This document shows, one piece after another, positions 56,334 through 61,044 of a stretch of 61,044 bases of DNA. Made by a program: the position numbers and the translations under genes. The stretch comes from Mycobacteriales bacterium. GTDB taxonomy: Bacteria > Actinomycetota > Actinomycetes > Mycobacteriales > SCTD01. The notes under the pieces are model-generated. The model was not told the DNA's origin and searched no databases. It saw nothing but the letters and a program-made list of their open reading frames with translations. The first letter of the stretch is position 1, and the number at the start of each line of letters is the position of its first letter. The DNA lies in NCBI GenBank assembly GCA_046595615.1, contig JBKJOO010000041.1, positions 1-61,044 of the forward strand, read 5' to 3'.

Positions 56334-57127
56334 GTGGTCCGCTGGTTCATGAGACTCGACCGCGGGATCGTCGTCGCTGAAGATTCTCGGTGAGCTGCAG
56401 GCTCTGGCCCACCTGTCGGCACCACCAGGACGACGGTGATGTTGTCCTCTCCTCCGTGCTCCTCGGCGAGGACCACTAGCCGTCGTGCCTTCTCGTCCAA
56501 AGAGCTCGGTTCGTCCAGCACGTGCGCGATGAGCTCGTCAGAGAGCGAGGACGTCAGGCCGTCGCTAGCCAGCAGGAACAGGTCCGACTCGGAAGGGGAC
56601 AGTCGGCGAAGGTCCACGGTGGCAGGGGGCGCTTGGCCCAGTGCCCGCGTGATGACGTGACGGGAGGGATGAACCTCGGCTTCTGCGGGGGTGATCGCCC
56701 CTGCAGCAACCAGCTCCTGGACCTCCGAGTGGTCTGTGGTCAGACGTTCGAGCAGGTCAGCGCGCCATCGGTAGGCCCGAGAGTCACCGACATGGAAGAC
56801 GACCCAGCTCCCCCCCTCATCGACCGTCCGAGCCAGCCCGACAATGGTGCTGCCCAGACCCGTCGCCTCAGGATGGCGCTCCCCATGCTCAAGAATGGCG
56901 GCGTTGACGCGGTGGAGACAGTGCAGAAGGACGTCCGTGGTGATGCGCATCTCCCCATCGAGGGCGGTCAGGAACTCAATGGCCAGGCGGCTCGCCACAT
57001 CGCCTGCAGCGTGGCCTCCCATCCCGTCGGCGACGGCAAAGATCCGGGAGCCCGCGAGGAAGGCGTCCTCGTTCAGGAGCCGCACTCGGCCCACGCTCGT
57101 AGCCCCGGCCACCATCACTGCCACCAC
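56330..57127 (-). CDS. PP2C-family Ser/Thr phosphatase
   Basis: NEDAF, FAVADGMGGHAAGDVAS, ASDGL, GGEDNITVV motifs. Confidence 0.85.
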   Translation of the reverse strand: MVAVMVAGATSVGRVRLLNEDAFLAGSRIFAVADGMGGHAAGDVASRLAIEFLTALDGEMRITTDVLLHCLHRVNAAILEHGERHPEATGLGSTIVGLARTVDEGGSWVVFHVGDSRAYRWRADLLERLTTDHSEVQELVAAGAITPAEAEVHPSRHVITRALGQAPPATVDLRRLSPSESDLFLLASDGLTSSLSDELIAHVLDEPSSLDEKARRLVVLAEEHGGEDNITVVLVVPTGGPEPAAHRESSATTIPRSSLMNQRTT

Positions 57128-57336
57128 ACCCGCACCCTAGGCGACCGAGGGGTGCCTCGGGCGGGCCGGACGCCCCTTCGTCACCCGAAATGGGGACGGT
57201 TCCCGACTCCTGGTCTAGCTAGGAAAGCTCGGCCTTGTCAGGGTTCAGCGCAGAGCGTTGGCGGCAGGCAGCCGGCGTCGGTTGGCACACTCCGCGCGGA
57301 AACGGATCCCGAGCACCACGCTGATGGCGCTCAGCT

Positions 57337-57385
57337 GAAAGTCCCCAGGGCCGCTGGAGTCCGCCGAGCAGCCCTGGGGACTTTC
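57337..57385 (-). terminator. stem-loop between integrase 3' end and the PP2C operon start
   Basis: 14-bp perfect stem gaaagtccccaggg / ccctggggactttc, 21-nt loop. Confidence 0.5.
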
Positions 57386-57461
57386 CGTGAGCGGCATCAT
57401 CTCCACTGCCGTGGCTTTCACGCCGAAGAAACCCAGCGGCCGGACCATCCTCAACGCCCTG

Positions 57462-58600
57462 TCAGCCGTGCTCAGCGATCTTCGAGAGGGCGGCTGCGAT
57501 CTGCGCGTCCCGACCTTGAGCTGCGTGTTGGTAGCGCAGGGCCGCTTGGGGGGTGGAGTGCCCGAGGCGGCTCATCCTCTCGGCAAGAGTGGCCCCTGTC
57601 TGCGCGGCGCGCACCGCTCCCGTGTGGCGGAGGTCGTGCCAGCGCAGGTCCGGGCGGTCGGCAGCTTCGAGGGCGCGGTAAAACATCCGGTAGAGCGTAG
57701 AGGGGGCCAGCGTGCTTACACCATCAGCAGCAGGGAAGAGGAGTCCGTCACGACCGCCTTGGACTGCCTTCGTCAGATGCTCGCGGACAAAGGGCTTGAG
57801 GTGCGGCGGAATGGTTAAGTCGCGGACGCCGGCCTCGGACTTGGGTGTCCCGATGACTACCCTCCCTTCGGCGCGGACGGCGCCGCGTCGGACACGGATC
57901 ACCCCATTGGTGAGGTCGATGTCCCGGCGCCGCCGCTCGACGAGCTCCCCAAACCTCAGGGCACACCAAGAAGCGAGAAGCGCCATGAGCCGGTAGCGGT
58001 GGGGGAGCGCGGCCACGAGGGTCTCGAGTTCGGCCAGCGTCGCAGGCTGGATCTTCTTCGCACGCTTCACGTTGCCAGCGCCCTTGATGTGGCAGGGATT
58101 CGCCAGCACCTTCTCGTCGACTACCCGCGGTGGCGAAGATGGTGCGCACGAGACCGTAGGCGTGAGAGCGCAGCGTGGGCTTGGTTGAGTCGAGGCTGGC
58201 GTGCCAGGTGCGGACGTCTTCACTCGTGATCTCCCGGAGGGGAACATCGCCGAACCGGGGGAGGATCTGGTGTGCGAGCAGCGAGTGATAGCGGGCTCGC
58301 GTGCGGGGCTTGAGGTCTCGTTCGGTCATCCACCGGTCGGCGTACTGCCCGAACGTCGGAGCGCGTGACGCCTTGACCCGCGAGGCTCGGGATGTTGGGG
58401 CTACCCACCCGCCGCTCGAGATGAGGCGGCCTTCGTCGGTGAGCCAGGCCTCGGCGTCCTGCGTCGTGTCGAACGTCGATGGGGCCCTGTGCCAAGCACC
58501 GTCGGGCCGACGCATCCTTGCACTCAGTCGCTGCTGTCCGCGTCGCCTCGGATCGAGCGGAAAGCAGGTGGGCGCCTCGCGGACCGCATCGTGTGTCAAG
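57462..58600 (-). pseudogene. tyrosine recombinase/integrase, single frameshift near nt ~58125
   Basis: N-terminal SAM-like part (..RLSARMRRPDGAWH..TFDTTQDAEAWL..YHSLLAHQILPRFGD..) is in one frame and joins VVDEKVLANPCHIKG..ALRFGEL..HDLRHTGA..LGHSTPQAALRYQH in another. An extra base in a G-run at the junction. Possible TTG start at 58600. Confidence 0.7.
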
Positions 58601-58721
58601 GGCCATGTAGATCTGCCCAGAGGCGGTCGTGAGACCTGCCCGGCGACGGTCACGAGAAGTGCCCGGTGGTGGCCATGGGATCTGCCCAGTGCTGGCCACC
58701 CTCGGGCCGGGTGGTGGGGGG

Positions 58722-59534
58722 TCAGGTCAAGGGGCTCACCCCCCGGCCCGCGAGGGCTTGGGTCAGGCGGACGCTGTCGCCGGTGGTCTGACAGATGTGG
58801 GCGTGGTGCAGCAGCCGGTCGACGGTCGCGGTCGCGAGGGTCTTGGGCATCAGCTCGTCGAAGGAGGCGGGGTGAAGGTTCGAGCTGATCGCGATGGACC
58901 GCTTCTCGTACGCGGCATCGACGAGGCGGTACAGGCCCTCGGCGGCGTCGTGCGCCACGGGCAGCAGGCCGATGTCGTCGACCACGACGAGATCCGCTCG
59001 CAGGACGCGGGCGATGGCTCGGGTGACGGTGTCGTCGGCGCGGTGGCGGCGTAGCAGGATCCCGAGGTCCTCGAGGGTGAACCAGGCGACCTTGAGTCCT
59101 TGCTCGACGGCCTGCTGGCCGAGGGCTTCGAGCAGGAACGTCTTGCCCGTGCCCGATGGGCCGCACACGACGAGGTTCTCCCGCCGGTGGACCCACTCCA
59201 GGGTCCGCAGGGCCTGCTGGGTCGGGGCGGGGATCGAGGACGCCTGGGGGTCCCACGCGTCGAACGTCTTGCCGGTGGGGAACCCGGCGGTGCTGCGGCG
59301 GGTCGCGAGGGCGGACCGTTCCCGGCCGGCGGCTTCCTCACCGAGCAGAGCCCGCAGGACCTCGACCGGTTCCCACCGTTGGGCCTTCGCGGTCGCGACG
59401 ACCTCGGGGGCGTGGCGGCGGATGTGCGGCAGCCGCAACCGCCGCAGCAGCGCCTCGAGGTCGTCGGGCAACGGCGGCGGGGCCGGAACGCCGAGGACCG
59501 GGACCGCCGTCGTCGTCTTCGTCGCCGAGCTCAC
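58722..59534 (-). CDS. istB: IS21 helper ATPase IstB
   Basis: Walker A VVCGPSGTGKTFLLEALG, Walker B LVVVDDIG. DnaA/DnaC-like family. Confidence 0.85.
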   Translation of the reverse strand: MSSATKTTTAVPVLGVPAPPPLPDDLEALLRRLRLPHIRRHAPEVVATAKAQRWEPVEVLRALLGEEAAGRERSALATRRSTAGFPTGKTFDAWDPQASSIPAPTQQALRTLEWVHRRENLVVCGPSGTGKTFLLEALGQQAVEQGLKVAWFTLEDLGILLRRHRADDTVTRAIARVLRADLVVVDDIGLLPVAHDAAEGLYRLVDAAYEKRSIAISSNLHPASFDELMPKTLATATVDRLLHHAHICQTTGDSVRLTQALAGRGVSPLT

Positions 59535-61044
59535 GAGATCACCTCCGGTCGAGCGTCGACGACCGTGACGGTGGGCTCGCTGCCCGGCGCCGGCGAGGTC
59601 GTCGAGGACGACGTTGGTTCAGCGCCGAGGGCGGCCCAGCTGGCGGTGCCTTGGGTCAGGGAGCCGTCTTCGCCGGCGCGGCTGACCGCAGCGTTCCTCG
59701 TGTCGCTGCTCGTGTGTTGGTGGTGGTCGAGGATGGAGGCGAGGTCGGCCTCGGCGAACCGGGCGTGCACGGCGGCGTGGCCGAGCGCCCAGTCGACGTC
59801 CTTGGTGTCGAACAGCTTCGCGAGGGTCACGGCTTGGGCCATCTTGACCCGGATCTTCGTCGTGCCCGCGGCCGCGGCCTCGCTCAGCCACAGCCGGGCG
59901 CCGTCACCGATGGTGAGGAACTCGACCTCAGCAGTGTTACGGGCCAACGGTTTCCGGTCCAACGCCCCGACCGGGGCGTGGGGGAAGTGGTCATCGGTGA
60001 TCTTCGGGCTGCCCGGAGTGGCCCGGGCGTGCCGCGCGACCTCCAACGGCCCGGACGGGCCGACGTGCACGAGCACGATCATCTCGTCGGCGCCCTGGCC
60101 GTGGACACGGACCCACACCGTCTGACCCAGGAGCCGGGCCGGGACGGAGTACTGCCCACCCTCGAACGCGACCATCGGGGTGGACGGCGGCACCGTGCGG
60201 GTGACGCCGAACGCCACCGTGTGCGGGACGGTGGGGATGGGGTGCAAGCGGGAGTGTTCCTCGGCGAGCATCTCGACCGGGACGCGGCGGGTGACCCGGT
60301 GGACCCTGGTGTTGACGTGGTCACAGAACTCCTCGCAGGCGGTCTCGAGCTCGGTGAACGAGGTGTACTGCTCGCGCAGGTTCGTGTCTTTCGGGACCAG
60401 GTCGGCCTTGGCGATCTTCACCGACGACTCCGACCCACCCTTGGACGCCGGGTCAGCGGGCACGCAGGTGTGGATGGTGATGCCGTAGTGCCGGGCGAAC
60501 GCCACGATGCCGGGGTTGCGCACCGGCATCCCCGCGATGTGCTCGGTCGTGACGGTCTTCTCGTTGTCCGTCAACACGTACGTCGGGGCGCCACCGAACC
60601 GGCGCAGGGTGACGTCGAGCGCGGCCATGACCGAGGGCATCGTCTTGTCCCGGATCGGCAGGACCACCCGGAACCGCGACCACGCCAACCACGCGATGAA
60701 CAACGTCGTCTTGACCCCGTCGATGACCGGGCCGTCGCCGAAGTCGTACTGCACCCACATCCCCGGCTCCGTCACCCAGGGCCGGTGGACCCGCACCCGG
60801 CCGAGGCGGTAGTTCGCCTTGACCGCCGCGACCGCGCGGCGGGTCGTGCGCTCCGACCCGGTGTACCCGAGGCCGACCAGCTTCTCGTGAGCGCGGTCCG
60901 CGCGGAGCTTGCCCGTGGAGCGCTGGATCCACTTCTCGATCTTGGGCAGGAACTCGTCGATCAGCTGCGGTCTCGCAGCGGGACGATCGGACAGAACGCC
61001 CGCTTCGCGGGCGGCGACGTACCTGGCGACGGTGTGGTGCGAGA
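59531..61044 (-). CDS. istA: IS21 transposase IstA (5' end outside the window)
   Basis: DDE region WVQYDFGDG...YVLTDNEKT... The frame stays open upstream of the track start to the window edge (..HHTVARYVAAREAG..KLRADRAHEKLVGLGYTGSERTTRRAV..). Confidence 0.85.
   Translation of the reverse strand, partial: SHHTVARYVAAREAGVLSDRPAARPQLIDEFLPKIEKWIQRSTGKLRADRAHEKLVGLGYTGSERTTRRAVAAVKANYRLGRVRVHRPWVTEPGMWVQYDFGDGPVIDGVKTTLFIAWLAWSRFRVVLPIRDKTMPSVMAALDVTLRRFGGAPTYVLTDNEKTVTTEHIAGMPVRNPGIVAFARHYGITIHTCVPADPASKGGSESSVKIAKADLVPKDTNLREQYTSFTELETACEEFCDHVNTRVHRVTRRVPVEMLAEEHSRLHPIPTVPHTVAFGVTRTVPPSTPMVAFEGGQYSVPARLLGQTVWVRVHGQGADEMIVLVHVGPSGPLEVARHARATPGSPKITDDHFPHAPVGALDRKPLARNTAEVEFLTIGDGARLWLSEAAAAGTTKIRVKMAQAVTLAKLFDTKDVDWALGHAAVHARFAEADLASILDHHQHTSSDTRNAAVSRAGEDGSLTQGTASWAALGAEPTSSSTTSPAPGSEPTVTVVDARPEVIS

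Larger units (their letters stand above)
58595..61044 (-). mobile_element. IS21-family insertion sequence (right-hand part beyond the window)
   Basis: istA-istB with a 4-nt overlap. Sub-terminal direct repeats ggccatgtagatctgcccag (58601-58620) and ggccatgggatctgcccag (58671-58689), typical of IS21 multi-repeat ends. Exact terminus +/-10 bp. Confidence 0.7.

Noticed and set aside
36008-57234. 18/21-nt similarity between cctagctaggacagctaggcc (36008-36028) and tctagctaggaaagctcggcc (57214-57234), which would bracket the whole T7SS/kinase operon like attL/attR.
   Set aside because: The similarity does not extend beyond 21 nt. Matches of that quality are expected by chance among all position pairs in 61 kb. 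The integrase would lie outside the repeats. It is worth a formal repeat search but is not claimed.
57128-57461. Looked for a tRNA or tmRNA gene (a usual integrase target) between the PP2C operon and the integrase.
   Set aside because: No cloverleaf-like arms or T-loop consensus (GGTTCGAATCC-like) by eye. Only a 14-bp hairpin is present. tRNAscan-SE should confirm.

Overview
High-GC (Actinomycetota-like) 61-kb window. I found no rRNA, tRNA or CRISPR array by eye. The left ~36 kb is an accessory, defence-island-like mosaic. In order it holds: a RES/Xre-type toxin-antitoxin pair; a translationally coupled giant (~2350 aa) P-loop ATPase plus coiled-coil beta-CASP/MBL nuclease that I cannot assign to any named system (top candidate for something new); a decaying patch with an uncharacterised family of 8-residue-repeat (beta-solenoid-like) paralogues in 3 full-length and 2 fragmentary copies; small ORFs, a lipoprotein, and HNH and NrdR-like remnants; a 33-bp repeat family (4 copies); a frameshifted TnpB element; a complete type I Wadjet operon (jetABCD); and a convergent SbcC/SbcD-like (YhaN/YhaO-like) pair. 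The right ~21 kb is one long minus-strand operon: PP2C phosphatase, FHA protein, Hanks kinase, 2085-aa Ig/FN3 surface protein, MoxR, DUF58, transglutaminase-like membrane protein, FHA-EccC/EssC-like triple FtsK ATPase, WXG100-lipase effector (split) and a WXG100 protein. I read this as a minimal T7SS-like module embedded in a phospho-signalling/MoxR operon. The right edge carries a frameshifted tyrosine integrase abutted by an IS21 element (istAB, truncated by the window end). Frame disruptions cluster in small accessory genes while all giant ORFs are intact. All functional calls rest on motifs read from the ORF translations, gene order and third-codon-position GC. No database search was possible.
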